DNA of 64,000 bases from Chitinophagaceae bacterium (GCA_019638475.1 JAHBTR010000006.1:59391-123390); one strand, 5' to 3'. Shown: positions 45,968 through 55,530, counted from the first letter of the stretch. Notes: generated by a model from the sequence alone, not told the origin. Numbers and translations are program-made.

Positions 45968-48109
45968 ATGAAGAAAATAATACTATTTATTTTCAGCATA
46001 ACTATTATTTCTTTTACCACTCAGGCACAAAAGAATAAATATATTATTGATAGTATTGAAAATGTTATTAAAACTCAATCAAATGAGGCTCTTGTAAAAT
46101 CTTATAGTGAGCTGACTTGGCAATACAGAACTGTAAACAGAGCAAAAGCTATTGACTATGGCTACAAAGGCATTGCATTAGCAAAAAAAATAAACTTTCA
46201 TGCAGGACTTGCTCAAGTATATAATGATTTAGGCATTATATACTACGATAAAGAACAATATGATTCTTCTATTTATCTCTACAACGAATCATTAAAAATA
46301 AGACAAACATTGCATGATGATTTAGGTGTAGCAAAACTGTATAATAAAATAGGTATCATATATCAAAGGCAAGGTTTATTTAGCGATGCTTTATATAATC
46401 AACAGAATGCCTTAGCACTTTTTGAAAAAGAAAATTATGCAATTGGTATTTCCTATTCTTTAAACAATATTGGTATTCTACAACAAAATATGGGAAGACT
46501 TGATGAAGCACTTTTATACCATAATCAATCATTGACTATAAAGAAAAAATTGAATGATAGTTATGGACTAATTCAATCTTATATCAACATTGCCAATATT
46601 TTTAAAATAAAAGAAGAATTTGTACAAGCAGAAGAATATTATAAAAATGCTATTGCTTTATCCAGAGAAATGGATAATAAAGAATACTTAGCTAATGGAT
46701 TAAACAATCTTGGCAATTTACAATATTCATTAAATAAACTTCGGGAAAGTAAACAAAATATTCTTGAATCATACGCTATAAGAACAACTTTAAATAATAC
46801 TAAGGGTAGGGTAAGTTGTTTAAATAATCTTGCTACTGTTCTAATAGCTTTAAAACAATATGACTCTGCCGAAAATGTATTAAACTATGCAGAAAACCTT
46901 GCCTTAAATGCTGTTAATACTAAGCCAGAGCTAATATCAATTTATCAAACAAAATCAACATTGTATGAAAAATTAGACAATGCTACTGCATCATTAAACT
47001 ACTATAAAAAATATGCTGCTTATAAAGATTCTTTATACAATAACGATATGAGTAGCAAATTCAGTGAATTAGAAATCAAATACAATACAGCACAAAAAGA
47101 AAAATTAATACAACAACAACAGGCTTCTATCAATAAAAATTTGTATGATATTTCAAAACAAAAACTTTTATTATCTCAAAATGAATTAGAAATTGCTGCA
47201 AATGATTTAGCTATTAAAAAACAAGATGAACTTATTTTAAAACAAAGATTAGACTCAACTAAAAGAGAAAATCAAATAATAGTATTAAACAGAGAGAAAA
47301 AAATAGACCAACTTAAATTAAATAATGAAAAACTCATCAACAACAGAAAAAATATTTTACTCATAGTAATTGGTGTTATTGCTTTACTAACAATTTGGTT
47401 AATCTATTCATTATATAGAAGATATAGACTACACAAAGAAAAACAATTACAAGAAGCTATTTTAAAACAAGAACAACTTGCAGCTACAGCAATTATCAAA
47501 GCAGAAGAAAATGAACGTAAGCGTATAGCAGAAGATTTGCATGATGGAGTAGGGCAATTAATGAGTGCTGTAAAAATGAATTTAAGTGCTATTGAAAATG
47601 ACATTCCTTTTTCTTCTGAAGAGCAAAAAAACGCCTACAAAAAAGTGTTGAATATGGTAGATGAAAGTTGCAAAGAAGTAAGAAGTGTAAGCCATAGTAT
47701 GATGCCTAATGCTCTATTAAAAACAGGGTTAGAAGGAGCTTTAAAAGAATTTTTGCATCAGATAAATAGCCAAGTACTAAAAGTAAATTTATATACAGAA
47801 GGATTACAAAATAAATTAGCAAGCAATACAGAAACTATTTTATACAGAGTAATTCAAGAATGTATCAACAATGTTTTAAAACATGCACAAGCCAATAACT
47901 TAGACATTTCTGTTATTAAAGATAACCATGAAATAGCTGTAACAATAGAAGATGATGGAAAAGGATTTAGTACAAATACAGCAAACAATAGCGAAGGAAT
48001 TGGATTAAAAAATATTAAAACCCGTATAGAATATTTAAAAGGAATGGTAGAGTGGAATTCTGCACCAGGCAAAGGAACTTTAGTAGCAATACATGTTCCT
48101 GTAACATAG
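45968..48109 (+). CDS. TPR-repeat sensor histidine kinase (HisKA_3 / NarL-type partner)
   Basis: Signal peptide, about 8 TPR-like repeats, coiled coil, one TM segment, H-box EENERKRIAEDLHDGVGQ, and a HATPase_c C-terminus. Confidence 0.85.
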   Translation: MKKIILFIFSITIISFTTQAQKNKYIIDSIENVIKTQSNEALVKSYSELTWQYRTVNRAKAIDYGYKGIALAKKINFHAGLAQVYNDLGIIYYDKEQYDSSIYLYNESLKIRQTLHDDLGVAKLYNKIGIIYQRQGLFSDALYNQQNALALFEKENYAIGISYSLNNIGILQQNMGRLDEALLYHNQSLTIKKKLNDSYGLIQSYINIANIFKIKEEFVQAEEYYKNAIALSREMDNKEYLANGLNNLGNLQYSLNKLRESKQNILESYAIRTTLNNTKGRVSCLNNLATVLIALKQYDSAENVLNYAENLALNAVNTKPELISIYQTKSTLYEKLDNATASLNYYKKYAAYKDSLYNNDMSSKFSELEIKYNTAQKEKLIQQQQASINKNLYDISKQKLLLSQNELEIAANDLAIKKQDELILKQRLDSTKRENQIIVLNREKKIDQLKLNNEKLINNRKNILLIVIGVIALLTIWLIYSLYRRYRLHKEKQLQEAILKQEQLAATAIIKAEENERKRIAEDLHDGVGQLMSAVKMNLSAIENDIPFSSEEQKNAYKKVLNMVDESCKEVRSVSHSMMPNALLKTGLEGALKEFLHQINSQVLKVNLYTEGLQNKLASNTETILYRVIQECINNVLKHAQANNLDISVIKDNHEIAVTIEDDGKGFSTNTANNSEGIGLKNIKTRIEYLKGMVEWNSAPGKGTLVAIHVPVT

Positions 48110-48161
48110 AATAATAAAAATACCTTTACTTTGACATAACAAACCCCTTACTTGACAATAA

Positions 48162-48803
48162 ATGGAACCCCAGAAAATAAATATTGCTATTGTAGATGAC
48201 CACCAAATTGTTATTGACGGTATTACCTCTTTATTAGAAGGCAATCATAATATTCATATTGTAGCTACAGCTACTTCGGGTATCAATATGCTTGAAATAC
48301 TCAAAGAAAAAGAAATTGATATTTTATTGACAGATATAGCCATGCCTACCATGAGTGGGCAAGAACTTGCCCAACAAGTTCGTACACAATTTCCTGCTAT
48401 TAAAATATTGGCATTAAGCATGAGTGGACAAGGACACATTGTAAATAGCATGATTGAAAATGCAGATATTTCTGGTTATGTATTAAAAAATATTGGCAAA
48501 GCGGAACTATTATATGCCATAGAAAAAATAGCTAATGGAGGTATTTATTTTAGTGAAGAAGTATTGAACGAACTGCACCATTTTAGCAGTATGCAAAAAG
48601 AAAATGAAGAAACAAACCTTACTTCTCGAGAAGTGGAAATAATTAAACTCATAGAAAAAGAATGTTCTAATAAAGAGATAGCCAACAAACTTTTTATTAG
48701 TGAAAGAACAGTAGAAACACACAGAAAAAATATTTTTAGAAAAACAGGAACCAGTAGTGTTATAGGCTTAATAAAATATGCTTATGAACACAACCTTATT
48801 TAG
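48162..48803 (+). CDS. LuxR/NarL family response regulator
   Basis: 213 aa. Receiver domain (IVDDH...LTDIAMP) and LuxR HTH (LTSREVEIIKLI...ISERTVETHRKNIFRK). Confidence 0.9.
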   Translation: MEPQKINIAIVDDHQIVIDGITSLLEGNHNIHIVATATSGINMLEILKEKEIDILLTDIAMPTMSGQELAQQVRTQFPAIKILALSMSGQGHIVNSMIENADISGYVLKNIGKAELLYAIEKIANGGIYFSEEVLNELHHFSSMQKENEETNLTSREVEIIKLIEKECSNKEIANKLFISERTVETHRKNIFRKTGTSSVIGLIKYAYEHNLI

Positions 48804-48811
48804 TTTTTTTC

Positions 48812-49552
48812 ATGCAAATTCATCATACCAAAGGCATTGTATTACGCACTGTAAAATATGGCGAAACAAGCATTATTGCTACTGTTTACACAGAATTATT
48901 TGGTATTCAAAGCTACATGATAAAAGGCGTTAGAAAATTTTCTTCAAAAACTACTTTTAAAGCTAATTGTTTTCAACCTGCTGCTATTTTAGAAATGCAG
49001 GTATATCATCATCCATTAAAAAATATACAGTTTGTAAAAAGCTATCATTGGCATACTGTATATACAAATGTTTTTTCAGATGTAGTTCGTAATGCTGTTG
49101 CTATGTACATTATAGAACTGTTGCAACAAGGCTTAAAACAACCAGAAGCCAATCCTGAATTATTTTATTTAGTAGAAAATACTTTACAACAAATAGATAA
49201 AGGCAGCAATACTTTAGTAAGCAATTTGCCCATATATTTTACCTTACATTATTGCAGCGAATTAGGATTTAAAATTCAAGGAACATGTAATACAGAAACT
49301 CCTATACTTGATTTTAAAGAAGGAAAATTTGTACAAGAAATGCCTGCTCATCATTATTACACAAACGATATTGCAGCAAAAACCATTAGCCAAATAAACA
49401 ACATCAATTTGTACAATGAGGTAGAAAATATACAACTGAATGGCGATATAAGAAGAACGATATTACAACACTTACAACAATATTTTTCTTTACACATCCA
49501 CGATTATAACAACATAAAAAGCCTACACATTTTGCAGGAAATTTTAGGATAG
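48812..49552 (+). CDS. recO: DNA repair protein RecO
   Basis: 246 aa. The N-terminal OB region (TKGIVLRTVKYGETS.I) is typical of RecO. Confidence 0.8.
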   Translation: MQIHHTKGIVLRTVKYGETSIIATVYTELFGIQSYMIKGVRKFSSKTTFKANCFQPAAILEMQVYHHPLKNIQFVKSYHWHTVYTNVFSDVVRNAVAMYIIELLQQGLKQPEANPELFYLVENTLQQIDKGSNTLVSNLPIYFTLHYCSELGFKIQGTCNTETPILDFKEGKFVQEMPAHHYYTNDIAAKTISQINNINLYNEVENIQLNGDIRRTILQHLQQYFSLHIHDYNNIKSLHILQEILG

Positions 49553-49576
49553 CAACATGTGTCCACAACACTTTTA

Positions 49577-49613
49577 CCCCCCTCTCCTTTGGAGAGGGAT
49601 TGAGGGTGAGGGT
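49577..49613. repeat. REP-like palindromic unit (cctc-tttgg-agg-attgaggg family)
   Basis: ccctctc (49580-86) pairs with gagaggg (49592-98), followed by attgagggtgagggt. Related units lie at 53399, 55367 and 55489. Confidence 0.6.
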
Positions 49614-49779
49614 CATAATTTTTAATGGTTGTAAATTATAGATATATTATAACCAACCAAATAAAATTTGAGTCCAATCTATTTCACTTCGGTATAATTA
49701 TTCTGTAATCAACCTTTGTATAATCTCTTTCAAGCCTATTTATGTATATTTAACTACTCAAAAGTATATAAAGTAAAAC

Positions 49780-50064
49780 ATGTATAAAGCAAATAATAAA
49801 TCTACACTTAGCAAAATAATTTTTTGGAGTAGTATCTTTGCCTTACTTTTTATGCTTCTAAGCAAAAGTGTACATGTTTATAAATATCCTTTTATAGGCG
49901 CTATATTTGAAATACTTTGGTTACCTGCTATGCTATCAATATTTATTTGTCCAGTATTATCTTTAATAGTATGTATCAAAGAAAAGTGCAGTACAAAATC
50001 TGCTTTCTTATACATACTGTTCATTAACTTAATATCATTGCTAATTTTGATGTATATACATTAG
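49780..50064 (+). CDS. Small hypothetical membrane protein
   Basis: 94 aa and three hydrophobic segments. No recognised motif. Confidence 0.4.
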   Translation: MYKANNKSTLSKIIFWSSIFALLFMLLSKSVHVYKYPFIGAIFEILWLPAMLSIFICPVLSLIVCIKEKCSTKSAFLYILFINLISLLILMYIH

Positions 50065-50168
50065 CCAAGCACAAAAAATACCATTAAATCGTAAAAAAAT
50101 ACAAACTTTAAACCTTAACCTTTTTAAACTCCCTTATCTTCGCACTCACATTTTAAAAACAATAAATT

Positions 50169-51575
50169 ATGGCATACGATGTAGTAGTAATTGGTAGTGG
50201 ACCAGGTGGTTATCCTGCTGCTATCAGAGCATCTCAATTAGGTTTTAAAGTAGCAATTATTGAAAAAGAAAACTTAGGAGGCATTTGCCTAAACTGGGGT
50301 TGTATTCCTACAAAAGCTTTACTAAAAAGTGCACAAGTATATGAATATATAAAACATAGTACCAACTATGGTATCAATGCTTCTGGCACACACGATTTTG
50401 GTGGTGTAGTACAACGTAGTCGTGGTGTTGCAGATAAAATGAGCAAAGGGGTTCAGTTTTTAATGAAGAAAAATAAAATTGATGTTATCAATGGTTATGG
50501 TAAAGTAAAAGCAAAAGGACAAACTGAAGTTACTGCTACAGATGGTAGCAAACAAATTATTGAAAGCAAATACATTGTTATAGCTACTGGTGGTCGTAGT
50601 AGAGCATTGCCAAACTTGCCACAAGATGGTACAAAAGTAATTGGCTATAGAGAGGCTTTAGCTTTACCTACACAGCCCAAAAGCATGATTATTGTAGGTA
50701 GTGGTGCTATAGGTGTAGAGTTTGCTTATTTTTATAATAGCATGGGTACAAAAGTTACTATTGTAGAATTTATGCCACGTATAGTACCTGTAGAAGATGA
50801 AGATATTTCTAAAGAATTAGAAAAACAATTCAAAAAACAAGGTGTAGAAATAATGACCAACTCCTCTGTAGAAAGTGTTGATACCACAGGTGCAGGAGTA
50901 AAAGCCTTAGTAAAAAAACAAGATGGCAGCACCATAACATTAGAAGCAGATATAGTACTAAGTGCTGTAGGTGTAGTAGCCAATATTGAAAATATTGGAT
51001 TAGAAGAAAATGGTATTAAAACAGAAAAAGGAAAAATTATAGTAGATAAATATCAACAAACTTCTGTAGCTGGTATTTATGCAATAGGAGATTGTAGCCC
51101 TGGGCAAGCATTAGCCCACGTTGCTTCTAAAGAAGGTATTAATGCTGCTGAACACATGGCTTATATAGAAAAGAAACATGCACACTTACCAGACCCATTA
51201 GATTATAACAACATACCAGGTTGTACTTATTGCTTACCAGAAATTAGTAGTGTTGGCTATACAGAAAAAGCTGCTAAAGAAGCAGGTTATGAAATTAAAG
51301 TAGGCAAATTTCCATTTGTAGCAAGTGGTAAAGCTGTAGCTGGTGGACATACAGAGGGTTTTGTAAAAGTAATTTTTGATGCAAAATATGGAGAGTTTTT
51401 AGGCTGCCACATGATTGGTACAGGCGTAACAGATATGATTGCTGAAGCTGTAGTAGCCAGAAAATTAGAAACTACTGCTCACGAAATTTTAAATGCTGTT
51501 CATCCACACCCAACTATGAGCGAAGGCTTAAAAGAAGCTGTAGCTGCTGCTTATGGAGAAGCAATAGACATTTAA
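50169..51575 (+). CDS. lpdA: Dihydrolipoyl dehydrogenase
   Basis: 468 aa. FAD motif VIGSGPGGY, redox-active disulfide GGICLNWGCIPTK, and C-terminal HPHPT interface motif. Confidence 0.93.
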   Translation: MAYDVVVIGSGPGGYPAAIRASQLGFKVAIIEKENLGGICLNWGCIPTKALLKSAQVYEYIKHSTNYGINASGTHDFGGVVQRSRGVADKMSKGVQFLMKKNKIDVINGYGKVKAKGQTEVTATDGSKQIIESKYIVIATGGRSRALPNLPQDGTKVIGYREALALPTQPKSMIIVGSGAIGVEFAYFYNSMGTKVTIVEFMPRIVPVEDEDISKELEKQFKKQGVEIMTNSSVESVDTTGAGVKALVKKQDGSTITLEADIVLSAVGVVANIENIGLEENGIKTEKGKIIVDKYQQTSVAGIYAIGDCSPGQALAHVASKEGINAAEHMAYIEKKHAHLPDPLDYNNIPGCTYCLPEISSVGYTEKAAKEAGYEIKVGKFPFVASGKAVAGGHTEGFVKVIFDAKYGEFLGCHMIGTGVTDMIAEAVVARKLETTAHEILNAVHPHPTMSEGLKEAVAAAYGEAIDI

Positions 51576-51590
51576 TCCATAATATATTTA

Positions 51591-51791
51591 GAACTTGTTT
51601 AGACTTTTATCAATTTAATATACACGAAGCTAAAAAAAGTGAAAGTTGTCAGGTTTTGTCATGTTGAGCTTATAGAAACATGTCGAAACCGATTAATTGA
51701 AGCATATTTTTTAAACCTCGCCTTCGACAGGCTCAGGCTGACAGCGTTTTTTATTCACAATTCGTAAAAAATTAAAAGCCTAAACAAGTTC
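51591..51791. mobile_element. MITE-like non-autonomous element, copy 2 (201 bp, inverted relative to copy 1)
   Basis: Reverse complement of 24035-24235, with three substitutions seen by eye. Flanked by the 3-bp direct repeat TTA (51588-90 and 51792-94). Confidence 0.85.
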
Positions 51792-51797
51792 TTACTT

Positions 51798-51835
51798 AAA
51801 AAACTACTTCAAACCAATATTGAAGTAGTTTTTTT
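51798..51835 (+). terminator. Intrinsic terminator of lpd (displaced by the MITE)
   Basis: aactacttcaa (51802-12) pairs perfectly with ttgaagtagtt (51820-30), followed by ttttt. Confidence 0.75.
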
Positions 51836-51950
51836 ATGATAAAAGGTATCAAATAAAAACAATTTAAACTTATAAAAGATTGATTTTCAATATCTATAAA
51901 AAATTTCACCTTTCCATTATCTATTAGCTGAAATTATTTTACAAACTTTT

Positions 51951-51980
51951 TTTGTAATTCAGCACATAAACCTATCTTTG
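51951..51980 (+). promoter_or_regulatory. Candidate promoter of the infA-rplQ operon
   Basis: TTTG (51951-54), an 18-nt spacer, then TAtcTTTG (51973-80), 14 nt before the infA ATG. Confidence 0.55.
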
Positions 51981-51994
51981 CAGCCCGAAAAAAT

Positions 51995-52213
51995 ATGTCT
52001 AAGCAACAACTGATTAAACAAGATGGTATCATTCTGGAAGCTTTGAGCAACGCAATGTTCAGAGTTAAGTTAGAAAACGGACATGAAATATTAGCAACTA
52101 TTTCAGGGAAAATGAGAATGCACTATATCAGAATATTGCCAGGCGATAAAGTAGGTGTTGAAATGAGCCCCTACGATTTAAGTAGAGGTAGAATAAATTT
52201 TAGGTATAAATAA
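51995..52213 (+). CDS. infA: Translation initiation factor IF-1
   Basis: 72 aa. S1-like fold sequence [30 protein letters not shown]. Confidence 0.95.
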   Translation: MSKQQLIKQDGIILEALSNAMFRVKLENGHEILATISGKMRMHYIRILPGDKVGVEMSPYDLSRGRINFRYK

Positions 52214-52254
52214 AAAAATAGAATTGCTGTTAAAAAGCTATAAAATTTAAAACA

Positions 52255-52371
52255 ATGAGAGTAAGAGCATCAATTAAAAAACGTAGTGCAGATTGCAAAA
52301 TTGTTAGACGTGGAGGAAAACTCTATGTTATCAACAAAAAAAATCCTCGTTTTAAACAACGTCAAGGATAA
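52255..52371 (+). CDS. rpmJ: 50S ribosomal protein L36
   Basis: 38-aa ORF not in the supplied track: [38 protein letters not shown]. Canonical position between infA and rpsM. Confidence 0.9.
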   Translation: MRVRASIKKRSADCKIVRRGGKLYVINKKNPRFKQRQG

Positions 52372-52459
52372 TAGCATCATGTTGAATGATGAATCTTAAT
52401 ATCAAAATTCTTCATCCAACGCATTAAACATTAAATATTAAAAATTAAACATTATATAA

Positions 52460-52840
52460 ATGGCTCGTATTGCCGGTATAGATTTACCAAAAAATAAAAG
52501 AGGCGAAATAGGACTTACCTACATATATGGTATTGGTCGTTCTACTGCACAATCTATTCTTACCAAAGCAGGAATTGATTTTGATAAAAAAGTAAGTCAA
52601 TGGAATGATGAAGAGCAAGCTGCTATTCGTAATATAATTACAGAAGAAATAAAAGTAGAAGGTGCATTGCGTAGTGAAACACAAATGAACATCAAACGTT
52701 TATTAGACATTGCTTGTTATCGTGGATTACGTCATAGAAAAGGATTACCAGTTCGTGGACAACGTACAAAAACAAATAGTCGTACCAGAAAAGGTAAACG
52801 TAAAACTGTAGCAGGTAAAAAGAAAGCACCTAAAAAATAA
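52460..52840 (+). CDS. rpsM: 30S ribosomal protein S13
   Basis: 126 aa. [10 protein letters not shown]...[20 protein letters not shown]. Confidence 0.95.
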   Translation: MARIAGIDLPKNKRGEIGLTYIYGIGRSTAQSILTKAGIDFDKKVSQWNDEEQAAIRNIITEEIKVEGALRSETQMNIKRLLDIACYRGLRHRKGLPVRGQRTKTNSRTRKGKRKTVAGKKKAPKK

Positions 52841-52982
52841 CAATATAGAAAATCCCATATTCTGTTCTGTATGGAATTGGGAATTTTCATTTTTGGAGAT
52901 ATATCAATCGTTGGATAGTTTGGCTAATGCAGCCTAAACAGGAGACGAAAAAATTTAAGAAGATTACCTAAAAAAACAAAAA

Positions 52983-53393
52983 ATGGCAAAACCAGCAAAA
53001 GCACAAAACAGTGCAAAAGCAGCAGCAAAAAAAAGAATTGTAAAAGTAGATGCTACAGGAGAAGTGCGTATTAGTGCAACCTTCAACAACATTATTATTT
53101 CATTTACCAACAAAGCAGGGCAAGTAATATCTTGGTCTTCTGCTGGTAAAATGGGATTCCGTGGTTCTAAGAAAAATACTCCTTATGCTGCACAAATGGC
53201 AGCTGCCGATGCTGCAAAAGTAGCATCTGATGCAGGACTAAAAAGAGTAGATGTATATGTAAAAGGGCCAGGTTCTGGACGTGAAGGAGCTATCAGAAGC
53301 ATTGCTCAAAATGGTATTGAAGTTACTTCTATTAAAGATGTTACACCAATTCCTCACAATGGATGTCGTCCTCCAAAGAAAAGAAGAGTTTAA
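52983..53393 (+). CDS. rpsK: 30S ribosomal protein S11
   Basis: 136 aa. [11 protein letters not shown]...SWSSAG..GFRGSKK.TPYAAQ. Confidence 0.95.
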   Translation: MAKPAKAQNSAKAAAKKRIVKVDATGEVRISATFNNIIISFTNKAGQVISWSSAGKMGFRGSKKNTPYAAQMAAADAAKVASDAGLKRVDVYVKGPGSGREGAIRSIAQNGIEVTSIKDVTPIPHNGCRPPKKRRV

Positions 53394-53398
53394 AAAAA

Positions 53399-53543
53399 GC
53401 CCCTCAATTCCCCAAAAAGGAATTTTGGCAGCAACAAAAGTTCTTATACATTTTTTATTATTTATTCTCTGCAATGGCAGTAAGAATAAACATAACGTAC
53501 AAGGTTTCCTAAAGCCCCTCTTTTAGAGAAAGGTTGAAGAAAC
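53399..53543. repeat. REP/MITE-like element in the rpsK-rpsD spacer
   Basis: Left end gcccctcaattccccaaaaaggaatt (hairpin aattcc/ggaatt). Right end gcccctcttttagagaaaggttgaagaaac. Both resemble the 49577 and 55489 units. The spacer is 240 bp. Confidence 0.5.
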
Positions 53544-53633
53544 TTTCATTTAAAAAAGGTTGTCCAATTAATTTTTTATGGTTTTTTACCGATTGGAACA
53601 ACGAGTCAAAAAAAACCAAAATGAAAATAAATT

Positions 53634-54239
53634 ATGGCACGTTACACAGGTCCTAAGACCAGAATTTCCAGAATTTTTGGAGAGCCTATTTTAGGCAATG
53701 GCAAATGGCTGACTAAAAACAGCAACCCTCCAGGCCAACATGGAGCAGCAAAAAAACGTAAAACATTAGGTGAGTATGCTTTACAACTTAGAGAAAAACA
53801 AAAAGCAAAATTTACCTATGGTGTTTTAGAACGTCAATTCAGAAAAACTTTTGACGAGGCTTCTCGTATGAAAGGTATTAAAGGCGAAAACCTTATTAAA
53901 CTTTTAGAAGCCAGATTAGATAACACTATCTTTCGTATGGGATTAGCTGCAAGTCGTCCAGAAGCAAGACAATTAGTAGCCCACAAACACATTACTGTAA
54001 ATGGAGATGTTACTAACATTCCTTCATACTCTTGTAAACCAGGAGATGTTATAGCTTATCGTCCAAAGAGTGAACATAATAGCTCTATTACAAGTAAAAG
54101 TCGTGGTAAAAACCCAAAATTCAGTTGGATAGATTGGAATGAAACTGAAAAGAAAGGAACTTTTATCACCTATCCTGAAAGAGAAAGTGTACCTGAAAAT
54201 ATTAAGGAACAACTAATAGTAGAGTTATACTCTAAATAA
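53634..54239 (+). CDS. rpsD: 30S ribosomal protein S4
   Basis: 201 aa. MARYTGPK..., with a C-terminal S4 RNA-binding domain. Confidence 0.95.
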   Translation: MARYTGPKTRISRIFGEPILGNGKWLTKNSNPPGQHGAAKKRKTLGEYALQLREKQKAKFTYGVLERQFRKTFDEASRMKGIKGENLIKLLEARLDNTIFRMGLAASRPEARQLVAHKHITVNGDVTNIPSYSCKPGDVIAYRPKSEHNSSITSKSRGKNPKFSWIDWNETEKKGTFITYPERESVPENIKEQLIVELYSK

Positions 54240-54364
54240 TTGTAGTGAAATAGTTGCTGCATAATGTAATAAAAGTACAAGAGTGCGACGCAACAAAAGT
54301 TTCATTAGAATTACAAAAATTGGTATCAAAATAAATTTAATCATAATAAAATAAGGAATATAAA

Positions 54365-55366
54365 ATGGCCATTTTAAACTTCCAGAAACCAGACAAAATT
54401 GTTTTACAAAAAGCTACAGACTTTGAAGGACAATTTGAGTTTCGCCCATTAGAACCAGGATTTGGTTTAACAGTAGGTAATGCTTTACGCAGAATATTGC
54501 TTAGCAGCCTTGAAGGATATGCAATTTCAGGTATCAAAATTGAAGGAGTTGACCATGAATTTGCAACCATCAAAGGAATTACTGAAGATGTTACTGAAAT
54601 AATCTTAAACCTTAAACAAGTAAGATTTAAGAAAAAAGTAGAACATGAAGTAAATAGCGAAAAATTAATCTTATCTATAAAAGGTAATACAGAATTTAAT
54701 GCAGGTCATATTGGCGAAGCATCTGCAAACTTTGAAGTAATGAACCCAGATTTAGTTATTTGTACTATGGATAATACAGCTAAACTAAATATTGAAATTT
54801 CTATTACTAAAGGACGTGGTTATATACCTTCTGAAGACAATAAACTAAAAGAAGCACCAATAGGCTATATAGCAATAGACTCTATTCATACGCCTATTAA
54901 AAATGTAAAATATGCTATTGAAAACTATCGTGTAGAACAAAGAACTGACTTTGAAAAATTAATTTTAGAAGTAGCTACAGATGGTACCATTCATCCTGAA
55001 GAAGCTGTTAAACAAGCATCTCGTATATTAATTCAGCATTTAATGATTATTACTGATGAAAATATAACATTTGACAGCAAAGAAGATAAAAAAGAAGATG
55101 TTGTAGATGAACAAGTATTGCAATTACGCAAAATGTTGAAAACACCTTTAGAAGATTTAGACCTTTCTGTACGTGCATTTAATTGCTTAAAAGCTGCTAA
55201 AATCAACTCTTTAAGCGAATTAGTACAATACGAACAAGAAGACTTAATGAAATTCAGAAACTTTGGACAAAAATCTTTATCTGAAATAGAACAAGTTTTA
55301 GGCGAAAGAGGTTTAAGTTTTGGAATGGATTTAGAAAGATTAGGTTTAGATAATTTAGATAATTAA
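54365..55366 (+). CDS. rpoA: DNA-directed RNA polymerase alpha subunit
   Basis: 333 aa. N-terminal dimerisation domain (GNALRRILLSSLEG) and a C-terminal domain with LSVRAFNCLK. Confidence 0.95.
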   Translation: MAILNFQKPDKIVLQKATDFEGQFEFRPLEPGFGLTVGNALRRILLSSLEGYAISGIKIEGVDHEFATIKGITEDVTEIILNLKQVRFKKKVEHEVNSEKLILSIKGNTEFNAGHIGEASANFEVMNPDLVICTMDNTAKLNIEISITKGRGYIPSEDNKLKEAPIGYIAIDSIHTPIKNVKYAIENYRVEQRTDFEKLILEVATDGTIHPEEAVKQASRILIQHLMIITDENITFDSKEDKKEDVVDEQVLQLRKMLKTPLEDLDLSVRAFNCLKAAKINSLSELVQYEQEDLMKFRNFGQKSLSEIEQVLGERGLSFGMDLERLGLDNLDN

Positions 55367-55511
55367 GCCTCCGAAACCCTCCAAAAGAGGGCTTTAAAGA
55401 GGATTAATAAAAATATTTTTTTATTATTTAACAAAGGCTGATTGTAATTCCTTGACACGGTATAATCAGTAACAGCTTTCAAAAATTTCCTCTTTGGAGG
55501 ATTGAGGGGGC
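55367..55511. repeat. REP/MITE-like element filling the rpoA-rplQ spacer
   Basis: Starts at the first base after the rpoA stop. The left end gcctccgaaaccctccaaaagaggg and right end cctctttggaggattgagggggc are imperfect inverted repeats. The interior carries the aaggctgattgta...taatcag hairpin (55434-55469). Confidence 0.55.
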
Positions 55512-55530
55512 TACTAAAAACAAACAAATT

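Noticed and set aside
45920-48803. TPR histidine kinase plus LuxR response regulator between dapB and recO, considered as a novel inserted system.
   Set aside because: This is a very common Bacteroidota two-component architecture. There are no flanking repeats, no compositional oddity visible by eye and no associated unusual genes, so it is an ordinary regulatory pair.
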